Positions 13,573-25,428 of a stretch of 64,000 bases of DNA are shown piece after piece. Numbering within the stretch: the stretch's first letter is position 1; every line of letters begins with the position of its first letter. The position numbers were made by a program, and so were the translations under genes. The notes beneath the pieces are model-generated. The model was not told where the DNA came from, ran no database searches, and saw nothing but the letters and a program-made list of their open reading frames with translations. Source of the DNA: Octopus vulgaris (taxonomy: Eukaryota); NCBI GenBank assembly GCA_951406725.2, contig OX597825.1, positions 13,206,001 through 13,270,000 on the forward strand, read 5' to 3'.

Positions 13573-14054
13573 TACATACACACACACACACACATACACA
13601 CACAAACACGTACATAAACACATTTCCAGACAAATGTACATAGTATGACGGTGAAAAGAAAGCTAAGCCCTTATGGCCCCATAAATTTGATTTTTTTTTC
13701 TTTCCATGGCGTTAAATAATTGACTAAATCGACATTAATACATTCCTGCTTCACTTATTATTTCTGCCCTTAGGGAGACGAAGGTCCCAGTCAACCAGAT
13801 CCCAATTTGAACACAGTACCCAAATGCGCGTAACCAAATCCCACCACATATATGTATTCCAGTAATAGGCTCCTTTCACACGCTCCACTGTCCGATATGT
13901 ATTACACCAAAGATTTGTTCCGGCTCTTTAAGTTCTGTGTTCAAATCCCACCGCGGTTGACTTTGCTCTGCAGCCTTCCAGGTTACATAAAATAAAGTAC
14001 CAGACACCTAAATCCCACCCCCGCCTCAAAATTACTGAACTGTGCCGAAAGAAG

Positions 14055-14138
<84 letters not shown>

Positions 14139-14142
<4 letters not shown>

Positions 14143-14320
14143 CGGCGAGCTGGTAGAATCGTCAGCACTCCCGGCGAAATGCATAGCGGTATTTCGTCCG
14201 TCTTTACGTTCTGAGTTCAAATTCCACCGAGGTTGACTTTGCCTTTCATCCTTTCGGGGCCAATACATGAAGTACATGTGATACACTGCAGTCGATATAA
14301 TCGACAGGTGCCCTCCCACA
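14139..14320 (+). mobile_element. SINE family A (diverged)
   Basis: ggcggcgagctggtagaatcg...gagttcaaattcc...gcctttcatcctttcgggg. Confidence 0.75.
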
Positions 14321-14747
14321 AAATTTCTGCGGAGTTTGTATTCAGAAGGTTAAGTCGGAAGAAATACCGCTAAATATTTTACCCGGCGCAAGAACGATTC
14401 TTTAAGCTCATCGCCTCAAGTTCGCCTCAAGCTTCGACTGTGTTTCCATTTCGTTCCATAGTTAAGGTTATCTAAAGCATAACGCACGATCGCAGTTTGT
14501 GAAAAGCAGAATATTACCCGAAATATTTAACACAGAGCACCTCAAAAGACGATGGCCACCAAAATCAGTGGAGCCGCCAGAATCCCTTGATGCGATTTAC
14601 TTATCTTTCTTCTTTCCGGGGTCGATTAAACCCGTATGAAACAAGTATTGGGTGTTGATGTGGCGGGAAGTTCAATTCCTCTCCTTAAATTTATGGCTGT
14701 GTTCAAACAGGATCCCAAATTTATCGCCACCCCCGCCGCCGACGCAT

Positions 14748-14867
14748 TTGTTGTTGTTGTTGTTCTTCTTCTTCTTCTTCTTCTCCGTTCTTCTTTCTTC
14801 TTCTTCTTCTTCTCCTTCTTCTTCTTCTTCTTCTTCTTCTTCTTCGTTCTTCTTCTTCTTCTTCTTC

Positions 14868-14909
<42 letters not shown>

Positions 14910-15090
14910 TCCTTCTTCTTCTTCTTCTTCTTCTTCTTCTTCTTCTTCGTTCTTCTTCTTCTTCTTCGTTCTTCTTCTTCTTCGTTCTTCTTCTTCTCCT
15001 CCTTCTTCTTCTTCTTCTCCTTCTTCTTTTCTTCTTCTTCTTCTTCTTCTTCTTCTTCTTCTTCTTCTTCTCCTTCTTCTTCTTCTTTCT
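14748..15090. repeat. Compound (GTT)/(CTT)/(ATT) trinucleotide microsatellite
   Basis: Direct reading of the sequence. Confidence 0.95.
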
Positions 15091-15469
15091 TTTACGTCTG
15101 TTCTTTAAACGGAGAAAGGCGGAGTCGTTATAGTTTGACGTTAAAAAGAAAAAAAGATCAATGACGAGTAATTTGAACGGAAGTTAAGGTCCAGGTTCTT
15201 ATTTATTTGCTTCTGTTTGAAGAATCGTGAACTGATAAGAAGCGAAACCAAAGGGTGGGGGTGGAGACACCCCCACCCCGCACGAGTGCCTTTATCACGC
15301 TAACTAAAATATCAAATTTCATGGTCAGGATATAATTTGTAAATCCATCAATTCCAACACTCCCATCTTTTGACCTCATCCAGTGTATTAGACCACTATG
15401 TGTGTGTGTGTGTGTGTGTCTGAGTATACGCATATACACATGTATATATATGTATGTGTGAGTATATTC

Positions 15470-15677
15470 TCTTTTACTTGTTTCAGTCATTTGACTGCGG
15501 CCATGCTGGAGCACCGCCTTTTTTTAGTCGAACAAATCGACCCCGAAACTTATTCTTTGTAAGCCCAGTACTTATTCTATCGGTCTCTTTTTTGCCGAAC
15601 CGCTAAGTGACGGGGACGTAAACACACCAGCATCGGTTGTCAAGCAATACTAGGGGGACAAACACAGACACACAAAC

Positions 15678-15712
<35 letters not shown>

Positions 15713-15885
15713 CATATATACGACAGGCTTCTTTCAGTTTCCGTCTACCAAATCCACTCACAAGGCATTGGTCGGCCCGGGGCTATAGCAGAAGACACGT
15801 GCCCAAGATGCCACGCAGTAGGACTGAACCCAGAACCATGTGGTTGGTTAGCAAGCTACTTACCACACAGCCACTCCTGCGCCTA
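15470..15885 (-). mobile_element. Bipartite tRNA-derived SINE family B with internal microsatellite
   Basis: Minus strand: head ggcgcaggagtggctgtgtggtaag...gggttcagtcc, then (TA)/(TG) linker, then body ending gcagtcaaatgactgaaacaagtaaaagag. Confidence 0.85.
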
Positions 15886-16126
15886 TAAATGTATATGTAT
15901 ATATATATATGTATATATATGTAATAATTATTATTTGAGGGAATAAAATCCAAACTTACATGGAAAAAAAATTCAATTTAGAAATACTAAATCAAATTTG
16001 CATTTTACTTAATCTTTACATTTCATTGTTATTTTAATTTTAACTTTTCTATTATATGAAATTTTCTAGATGGTGTAATTTAATTGTTCATTTTGAATTG
16101 ATAAAATGTGGGTTTTTTCTGATTTT

Positions 16127-16167
<41 letters not shown>

Positions 16168-16787
16168 AACACATTAGTACATATGCGCTCGAAATGAAGA
16201 GTAGATAGACAGCCGACAACTGATGAAGGGTCGTTCTTTATGTTACTTGTCTTCTTTTCCATTTGTTTCATTGTTTGCGTATTTCATGTGTTTACTGTTG
16301 GTGATGTCCTGTACACCTATACGCACACACACACACACACACATATATATAAATTAAGTTAGAGATAAAACCACTATTAGGCAACTAATTTTAATTTTTT
16401 AATTTTTTAATTTTTAAACTTTTAATTTTTTTTTTTACTAACCAAAAAGTATAAAAAAATTAAATATAATATAATAAGTGGTTTTATCTCTAATTTAACT
16501 TATATTTATACTGTGAAATTTGATTTAATCCTAAATCTAATTTTTCCCAGTAAGTTTGGACATACTCCCTAATATTATTATTATATATATATATAATATA
16601 TATATATATATTATTTATATTATTCATATTATTATGTGTATATAAATGTATGTATATTTTTTCAATGTGTACAAATAACAAGAAAAAATATTTTAAATAG
16701 TTACCAAGGTAGCAAGAATTCACATAAGCGCCAAAGATATTACACCCTACCTATAAAGGTAGAAATTCCAGTGAAATGTTTTTATAA

Positions 16788-16866
16788 CATGGATAAATTA
16801 AGAAATGGAGTAAAGTGCAGGTGTTGAATAACACCTGCGTTTGACTCCATTTCTTAATTTATCCAT
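16788..16866. repeat. Near-perfect hairpin (~36 bp arms)
   Basis: atggataaattaagaaatggagtaaagtgcaggtgtt-gaat-aacacctgcgtttgactccatttcttaatttatccat. Confidence 0.85.
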
Positions 16867-17012
16867 ATATATTTGTGTGTGTATATACGTATGTATATAT
16901 ATATATATATATGTGTATATATATGTATGTATATATGTATGTATGAATGTATGCATTATGTATGTATGTATGGGTATATATATATACATACATACATACA
17001 TACATACATACA

Positions 17013-17046
<34 letters not shown>

Positions 17047-17050
17047 CATG

Positions 17051-17271
17051 CATATAAAATACAGTGTACATTTAAACACGTAAGAGATATCCATCATAGG
17101 ATTTCCTTTCGCTAGAAGGAACAGCTAAAGTTCAAACCACTAATTTGAGATAAACACATTTACCATCTATTTCCTGGACTATGGTTTGGAGTTTAGCTGT
17201 TCCTTCTAGCGTAAGGGAGTCCTATGATGGATACCTCTTAATGTGTTTAAATGTACACTGTATTTTATATG
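17051..17271. repeat. Foldback element (~90 bp inverted arms)
   Basis: catataaaatacagtgtacatttaaacac...gctagaaggaacagctaaa at 17051-17141 is inverted at 17181-17271. Confidence 0.85.
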
Positions 17272-17470
17272 AATAATATATAGTCTATTGACTAATTTGT
17301 CTATACGCTAGGTATGTGAGTGGTAGTAAAAATTTCTAAAATCTTTATTACTCTGATATTATCAATTAATTTGAAATTAACCCCAATGTAATCGGTGAAA
17401 CTAAGCTCGTGTCTGTTTTTATACAGAAAGCTGGTGGTTAGTTTTACAAATCATATTACCTGTGGAACGA

Positions 17471-17545
17471 TCGCACTGATGAGCCTACGGACGAGGGATT
17501 ACGTAAGTGATTCATTAGTTAATAGGCGAAACTGCCGGTCTGCGA
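17471..17545 (+). ncRNA. Type I hammerhead ribozyme (canonical core)
   Basis: tcgca-CTGATGA-gccta...taggc-GAA-ac(tgccg)gt-c-tgcga: perfect 5-bp stems I and II, GTC cleavage triplet ending at 17540. Confidence 0.9.
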
Positions 17546-17727
17546 GTAATTCTGTTTTTTTTTATATAATTTTCATCTGTCTTGCCCGCATATTGTTCTG
17601 GTGTCCGCTGAATTTTTCTCTAGAGAACATTCTTTTCTTTGAAGTTTGATCGTTGGTGATCTACTTCTAGCATACGGCTGACCACTTAGTGGTTTTTTTA
17701 GCACTTTAAATATACTTACATACATAG

Positions 17728-17766
<39 letters not shown>

Positions 17767-18028
17767 TTTGAAGTCATTGTTTTTTACCTACATCAGTCCA
17801 GATCGGTCTCTTATCGAGCCTTCTTGCTTTTATCTTCTGTATCTTGCAAACAAACAAACAAAAAAAAAAGCAAATGTAAAAAGGCCAACGTATGCTCAAA
17901 TGAAGCTAATTGTGTTTTTTCCGTCTTTATTTCAGACATTGTGTCTCTTGGACTACAACGACCAATGTGCCCTTTCTTATTTTAAGATGTGTTTTCAGTT
18001 TCTGAGCCTTTCCATATTTGTACAATAT

Positions 18029-18096
<68 letters not shown>

Positions 18097-18926
18097 TGTT
18101 GTTGTTGTTGCCGTAGTCATGGGCTGACATCATTATTCTCCAGAATTTACCCTTTCCTCTCCCAGTTTTCAACAAGTAATTTCCCATGCCGTTCCCAAGT
18201 CTGTTTGAATCGTCTTAGTTGTAATTACAAATTGACATTATGCTTACATCATTAAGTAGACAGTCAGAAAAAGAATTAAGGCGACGCTGGCCCAAATTGA
18301 GAAGCAGATAACCAAATAACGACGAATGAAATTCTTTTCGGGAAGGCTTGGCCCTAAGTACAGTTGGAAAGATAAACCCTTTCCAACTGTTGCCTTTGGG
18401 CTGTGCCACCTCTGAGGGTCTTAACGTACTTGATCAAATTTAATCAAGTTGTTAACATGGTGAGCCCTCTTCTTTCTTCCAGATCGGAGTTTTTGATTCA
18501 TTGTCGATGCGTGGCTCCTTGGGCAAGGGTCTTCTACTATAGCCTCGGGCCGACCAAAGCCTTGTGAGTGCCACGATAGATTCAGGCACGGCTGCGTAGT
18601 TAAGAAACTTACTTTGCAGCCACCGGATTTTAGGTTCAATCTTGCTTTGAAGCACTTTGAGTTAGTGTCTTCTAATATTGTCCAAGGCCGACCAATACCT
18701 TTCGAGCGAACTTGGTAGAGAGAAACTGCATAAACGCCCGTTATATTTATATGTATTTGTTTTTTTTTTGGGGGGGGGCGGTATTTGTTGTCTTCTAACC
18801 GCTTGAGAACTGGTTTGTTTACGATCCCGTAACATAGCAGTTCGGCTAAAGATACCGATACAATAAGGCCAGACTTTAAAATGATAAGTACTGGGGTAGA
18901 TTTGTTCGATTAAATTCTTCAAGATC

Positions 18927-18968
<42 letters not shown>

Positions 18969-19449
18969 ATGGTGGTGGTAGTAGTAGTAGTAGTAGGCTG
19001 CAATCCTATCACTGAAAGGAAAAGGCGAAAAGTAAAAGCCTAAAAGCAGGAAAGCCACATTGGACATAAATGGTAACAATGAATATATGAATGGTTTCAT
19101 CAAAGTTCGGCTGGAATAGCTTAACTAGGTGACGAAGTGCATCGGCCTCGTAAAATCTCAGAATGCAAAGACACGAAATAAATAAACGAATGAATGAATA
19201 AATATTCAAATATATAGATATAGTCTGGAGCTTTAAGAATTCTGCCATTCAGCCATCTGGACTTGTGATTTATTACGTCAACCACTAAATGGAAACTGTC
19301 GGCGTTATTTGAAATCAAAGCGCCAGACGTTTAATCAACTAAAGTAACGACACTTTTAATTCTCTGCCTGAGGATGGACAATATTAACATCATTATGACA
19401 GAAACCGCTTTAAGACCGGAAGAGATTTGTTAGATCTAAAAGGCGGTAT

Positions 19450-19838
19450 GTGGAAGCACTCCGTCGGTTACGACGATGAGGGTTCCGGTTGATCCGAATC
19501 AACGGAACAGCCTGCTCGTGAAATTAACGTGTAAGTGGCTGAGCACTCCACAGACACGTGTACCCTTAACGTAGTTCTCGGGGATATTCAGCGTGACACA
19601 GAGAGTGACAAGGCCGGCCCTTTTGAAATACAGGTACAACAGAAACAGGAAGTTAGAGTGAGAGAAAAGTTGTGGTGAAAGAGTACAGCAGGGATCACCA
19701 CCATCCCCTGCCGGAGCCTCGTGGAGATTTTAGGTGTTTTCGCTCAATAAACACTCTCAACGCCCGGTCTGGGAATCGAAACCGCGATCCTACGACCGCG
19801 AGTCCGCTGCCCTAACCACTGGGCCATTGCGCCTCCAC
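19450..19838 (-). mobile_element. tRNA-derived SINE family C (tail type 1)
   Basis: Minus-strand head gtggaggcgcaatggcccagtggttagggcagcggactcgcgg...gtttcgattccc; TSD aaaagg(c/t)ggtat at 19438-19449 and 19839-19850. Confidence 0.85.
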
Positions 19839-19852
19839 AAAAGGTGGTATAT

Positions 19853-20282
19853 GTAATACTCGAAATCAAATGAAGGCACAGGTGTGGCTATGTGGTAAGG
19901 GCGGCGAGCTGGCAGAAACGTTAGCAGGCCGGGCGAAATATTTATCAATATTTCGTCTGCCGCTACGTTCTGAGTTCAAATTCCGCCGAGGCCGACTTTG
20001 CCTTTAATCCTTTCGGGGTCGATTAAAATAAGTACCAGTTACGCCCTGGTGTCGATGTAATCGACTTAATCCCTTTGTCTGTCCTTGTTTGTCCCCTCTA
20101 TGTTTAGTCCCTTGTGGACAATAAAGAAATAAGAAGCTTGCTTTCCAAACACATTGTCCCGGGTTCAGTCCTACTGTGTGGAACCTTGGACGAGTGTCTT
20201 CTACTACAGACTCCGGCCGACCAAAGCCTTGTGAGTGGATTTCGCAGACGGAAACCGAAAAGAAGCCCGTTACCAATATACT

Positions 20283-20316
<34 letters not shown>

Positions 20317-21100
20317 CTATCTTTTACTTGTTTCAGTCATTTGACTGCGGCTATGCTGGAGCACCGCCTTTAGTCAAGCAAATCGACTCCAGGACTTATT
20401 CTTTGTAAGCCTAGTACTAATTCTATCGGTCGCTTTTGCCGAACCGCTAAGTGACGGGGATGTAAACACACCAGCATCGGTTGTCAAGCGATGTTGGGGG
20501 TACAAACACAAGGACATCCAGCCGTAGAAGCCATGCCAAATCAGACTGGAACCTGGTGCTGCTCTCCGGTTTACCAGTTCCAGCCAAACTTCCTAACCCA
20601 TGCCAGCATGGAAAACAGACGTTAAATGATGTGATATATATATATACATATCCATGTGTGTGTGTATGTGTGTGTGTGTGTGTATGTCTGCCTGTGTGTG
20701 TGCTCCCACCATCGCTTGACAGCCGATGTCGGTGTGTTTACGTTTCCGTCACTTAGCGGTTCGGCAAAAGAGACCGATAGAATTAGTACTAGGCTTACAA
20801 AGAATAATTCCTGGAGTCGATTTGCTCGACTAAAGGCGGTGCTCCAGCATGGCCGCAGTCAAATGACTGAAACAAGTAAAAAAAAGAGAGAGAGAGAGAG
20901 AGAGAGTATATAGGTGACGGGCTTCTTTTCAGTTTCCGTCTGCCGAATCCACTCACAAGGCTTTGGTCGGCCGGAGTCTGTAGTAGAAGACATTTGTCCA
21001 AGGTTCCACACAGTAGGGTTGAACCCGGGACAATGTGTTTGGAAAGCAAGCTTCTTACCACACAACCACACCTGTGCCTCTATTTCATTTCGAGTATTAC
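19853..21100. repeat. Local inverted duplication of SINE-B pieces plus unique flank
   Basis: 19853-20500 (excluding the nested SINE-A) is the reverse complement of 20705-21100, including the unique flank gtaatactcgaaat and private variants. Confidence 0.8.
19899..20131 (+). mobile_element. SINE family A nested in a SINE-B head
   Basis: The SINE-B head gtggctatgtggtaag is interrupted and resumes at taagaagcttgc (~20130). Confidence 0.85.
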
Positions 21101-21860
21101 GTTCCCGTAACTTAAAGGTTCGGCTAAGAAACCGATAGAATAGGTACTTAAAAAAATTCACGAAGGCAGTGCTCCAGCATGGCCGCGGTCTAATGTCTGA
21201 AACCAGTAAAAGATAAAACATAAAGGACGAAAGAGAGAAATACATTTGAGAGACAAACGAGGAAGACTCAAAGAACTTGACACCATTATTAGAATATATA
21301 GTTTAATATGAAAAACCCATGAAAACGAATGTCTATAACAGTGATGAGAGCGATGTAAGTCAGAAGACAAATTGAAAACACAAATGGCTGCTAAATGGTC
21401 AAAACACAACGAGAGAAAGAACAGAAAACTGAAAATAATCATCGATTTTACAATATATAAAACTACAATAAAACATTTAATTTTCTATTTTCCATAATCT
21501 GAGGCGAGTCAATAAACTCATAAAACGAAAGAGCTTCTTATTCATTCGTTTCCATTCCTTTTTATATTGATTTTTGTGCGCTTTTTGCGTAAGGTATATC
21601 GGAACATTTAAAATTTTCGTATTTTCCAAAGTCTAGACAACAAGCAAGTGGTGAGTTGGCAGAATCGTTTGCACGCCGGGCGAAATGCTTTGTGGGATTT
21701 AGAAATAATAATGTTTCTATTTATTAGTTCAGTGTCTGTGTGTCACTATGAAAACTATATATCTTCGAACAGGGATTTAGCAGCGCCACCTTTAGTCGAG
21801 CAGTTATTCTCTATTTATATATCTCGTTCTCTCTTTTTTGCTATGAGTATGTATTTGGAT

Positions 21861-22150
21861 GTGGAGGCGCAATGTCCCAGTAGTTAGGGCAGCGGACTCG
21901 CGGTCGGAGGATCGCGGTTTCGATTCTCGGACCGGGCGTTGTGTGTGTTTATTGAGCGAAAACACCTAAAAGCTCCACGAGGCTCCGGCAGGTGGTGGTG
22001 GCGACCCCTGTTGTACTCTTTCTTCCTGTTTCTTGAGTAACTCTACGATGGAGTGGCGTCTTGTCCAGGTGGGAAGAATACATACGCCATAGAAACAGGG
22101 AAACCGGGCCCATGAGTCTGGCTATGCTTGAAAAGGGTGACGTTTATTGT
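21861..22150 (+). mobile_element. SINE family C (tail type 2)
   Basis: Family C head; 13-bp TSD tatgtatttggat at 21848-21860 and 22151-22163. Confidence 0.85.
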
Positions 22151-22164
22151 TATGTATTTGGATA

Positions 22165-22511
22165 TGTACTCAACCGGGGTCTATATGGACCCTAAGACTC
22201 CATATAAAATTTTTGATGGTCCACGCAACGAAATAGTAAATTGGGGATCAACAATAATATTTCAAGGGCCCCTAAAAAAATTTTGCTTTAAATATATGAA
22301 TTGGTATGTATTGCAAGAAAGAGCTGAGTTTCTTTCTTCTAACATTTTTCGTAGTTCAACCTAACCAAGTTCACGTGTGAATAAACAGAACAGGAGTTTT
22401 TAAAGATTTTATAAACCAGTTTTTAAACACTGAATGGCTGGGGCGGGGGGGGGGCTACAATAAAATAATACTCAAAGGGGCCCATAGATACAAGATGGTT
22501 GAGAACTCCTG
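22165..22511. mobile_element. Decayed hAT-like MITE
   Basis: Ends ...ctcaaccgggg and ggttgagaactcctg resemble cagtggttctcaacc-type TIRs; related sequence at 51534-51770. Confidence 0.5.
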
Positions 22512-22808
22512 GGTTACATGCTTTAACGTTAGTGATAATTTGCCCGTCGACTGAGTGTTCCATGCAGACTCGATCCTCGTTCGCAGATGTTTTACTTTTT
22601 CCGTCAGTCGCCTTTTGATAATTTCTGAAAGTCAAATCCACAAGATTTTTTTTTCTCCTCCCACCCAACCAACCAAGTGTCTGTGAGTCAGAAGGCGATG
22701 GGTGGGCATCGTTTCATCATGCATGACCAACAAAATTGACTATTCACTACGGCAGTAAATCACAAACACACACACACACATACAAATGTATCTGTATAAA
22801 TACGTGCG

Positions 22809-22857
<49 letters not shown>

Positions 22858-23249
22858 CTGTCGATGGCTGTTAGGTCAGTATTGTTCCCTTGTTAAACCT
22901 AACAGTAGCCACTGTGACATTTAAGAGTAAGCCTATATGGTCTGTAAAGATCACACACACGCCTCTTAAATACCAAATGCTTTTGACATATTTCGTACCG
23001 TATTCATGGGTGGGTAATCAGTTTTCTTACGGGAGTAGTAGCGGCAGTAACGGCAGCAGAGCTAGTAGTAGTGATAACTGTAATAGCAGTAGTTGTAGTA
23101 GAGTAGAGAAGAAAAACATTTTGTCTCCTCTATCCTACCATAAATGCGCCAGACACACACACACACACACACGTACACAGAAGGTAGTATATATGCATGC
23201 AAAAATACACACATGTGAATGTGTATATTTATATATATTCTTTTGTTCT

Positions 23250-23652
23250 TTCTTTTACTCGTTTTAAGCATTTGACTGTGGCCATGCTGGAGCACCGCCT
23301 TTTTTTTTTTTTTTGTCGAACAGATCGACTCCAGGACTTATTCTTTGTAAGCCTAATACTTATTCTATCGGTCTCTTTATGCCGAACCAGCGGCGGTTGT
23401 TGAGCGACGGCGGGAAGAAAAACACAGACACACAAACACACACACACAGACGCACGCACACACACACACACATTATTATATACATATATATATATAATGG
23501 GCTTCTTTCAGTTCCCGTCTACCAAATCCATTGACAAACAATTAGTCGAGCCGAGGCTATAGTAGAAGACACTTGCCCGAGGTTCCACGCAGTGGGACTG
23601 AACCCGGAACCATGTGGCTGGTAAGCAAGCTACTAACCACACAGCAACTCCT
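23250..23652 (-). mobile_element. SINE family B
   Basis: Matches family B head and body on the minus strand. Confidence 0.8.
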
Positions 23653-23796
23653 TTATATACATAACTATAAAAATTATCAAGGTGGCTGTTCGCAATTTAA
23701 AAACCAGAAGGCAAAAGTACAAACAAATGTCAGTAACGGTGCAAACCAGCACTCGCATTGAAACACACACACACACTCACACACACACACACACAT

Positions 23797-24207
23797 AGGA
23801 GTGGCTGTGTGGTAAGTAGCTTGTCTATCAACCATGGTTCCGGGTTCAGTCCCACTGCGTGGCACCTTGGGCAAGTGTCTTCTACTATAGCCTCGGGCTG
23901 ACCAAAGCCTTGTGAGTGGATTTGGTAGACGGAAACTGAAAGAAGCCCGTCGTATATATGTATATATATATATATATATATATACATATATGCGTGTGTG
24001 TGTTTGTGTGTTTGTCCCCTAGCATTGCTTGACAACCGATGCTGGTGTGTTTATGTCCCCGTTACTTAGCGGTTCGGCAAAAAGAGACCGATAGAATAAG
24101 TACTGGGCTTACAAAGTATAAGTCCTGGGGTCGAGTTCCTCGATTAAAGGCGGTGCTCCAGCATGGCCGCAGTCAAATGACTGAAACAAGTAAAAGAGTA
24201 AAAGAGT
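23797..24207 (+). mobile_element. SINE family B
   Basis: Near-consensus full copy, head-to-head with the copy at 23250-23652. Confidence 0.85.
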
Positions 24208-24275
24208 ATATACATATAATATATATGCACATACATAGATACATACATAGATACATACATACATACATACATACA

Positions 24276-24306
<31 letters not shown>

Positions 24307-24487
24307 GTATGTATGTTTTCGTTTCTCTTTGTGTTCGACGTCCCTTTGGTGTCCTGTACTCATATATGCGTGTATATGTACATGTATAGGTAGGTACGTA
24401 CATATATGTTTATATATATGCATATGCTTTATTTCATTTATTAATATATTATATGACAAAACGCACGCACCCCCTTAAGTAAGATTG

Positions 24488-24548
<61 letters not shown>

Positions 24549-24565
24549 TATATATGATTGAAAAC

Positions 24566-24975
24566 ATTGCAGTCAACAAGAAGGGGTCCGGTTGGACAAA
24601 TATTTCTTAACCACTACAATTGTTTCCACGCAACGTAATTCTCCAGGTGTGCAGTTACTTGATTATGCAACTGTTTTCCTGCATTATGAAATCCAGCTGT
24701 CTTTACTCAGGCGATATGTAAATATTGTTTCATTACATTCAAAATCCTCGGCTTCAAGGACATCCTCTCTCTCTCTCTCTCTCTCTCGCTCTCTCTCTCG
24801 TTCTCCGTAATTTCAGAGTTAACATATCGCCTGAGTAAACACATCTAGATTTCATAATGCAAGTAAACAGTTGCGTAATCAAGTACACACACACCCGGAG
24901 AACTACGTTGCGTGGAAACAATTGTAGTAATTAAAAAATACATGTCCAACCGTTCCTCTTCTTGTTGACTCCAAT
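24566..24975. mobile_element. Foldback MITE with ~155 bp imperfect inverted arms
   Basis: attgcagtcaacaag...actacaattgtttccacgcaacgta...actcaggcgatatgt is inverted at 24818-24975; (CT)n in the spacer. Confidence 0.8.
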
Positions 24976-25063
24976 TTTTTCCATTCTCTATTCACACACT
25001 AAAGAAACCCAAACGCAAACCTGGAATTACGTATAATACTACTACTACTACTACTGGATAGCA

Positions 25064-25106
<43 letters not shown>

Positions 25107-25358
25107 AAGACCAAGGTGTACGTACGCCGCTATGTTTTATATATAAAAAATACAAAATGGGACAAGAACGCAAAACATCCGGACGGTTTGGTGATACAAA
25201 AAAGGAACAACAAAGCATCCAGATAGACGATACAAAGAAAACAAGGATGGGTTATTCGGAGTTTTCTGTCCTCAGTCGAGTTCCAGATTATCTTTGCAAT
25301 TTCCGCTGGTTATACTCGAGATTGCTCCAATATGTATATGTATGCACATATACATATT

Positions 25359-25359
<1 letters not shown>

Positions 25360-25428
<69 letters not shown>

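Noticed and set aside
16185-16235. GAAA...CTGATGA arrangement (possible type II HHR), with a similar one on the minus strand near 10915-10965
   Set aside because: Convincing stems I and III could not be built.
19760-19838. tRNA-like sequences at SINE heads (also 9044, 21861, 52770, 57160)
   Set aside because: They are SINE heads continuous with SINE bodies, not independent tRNA genes.
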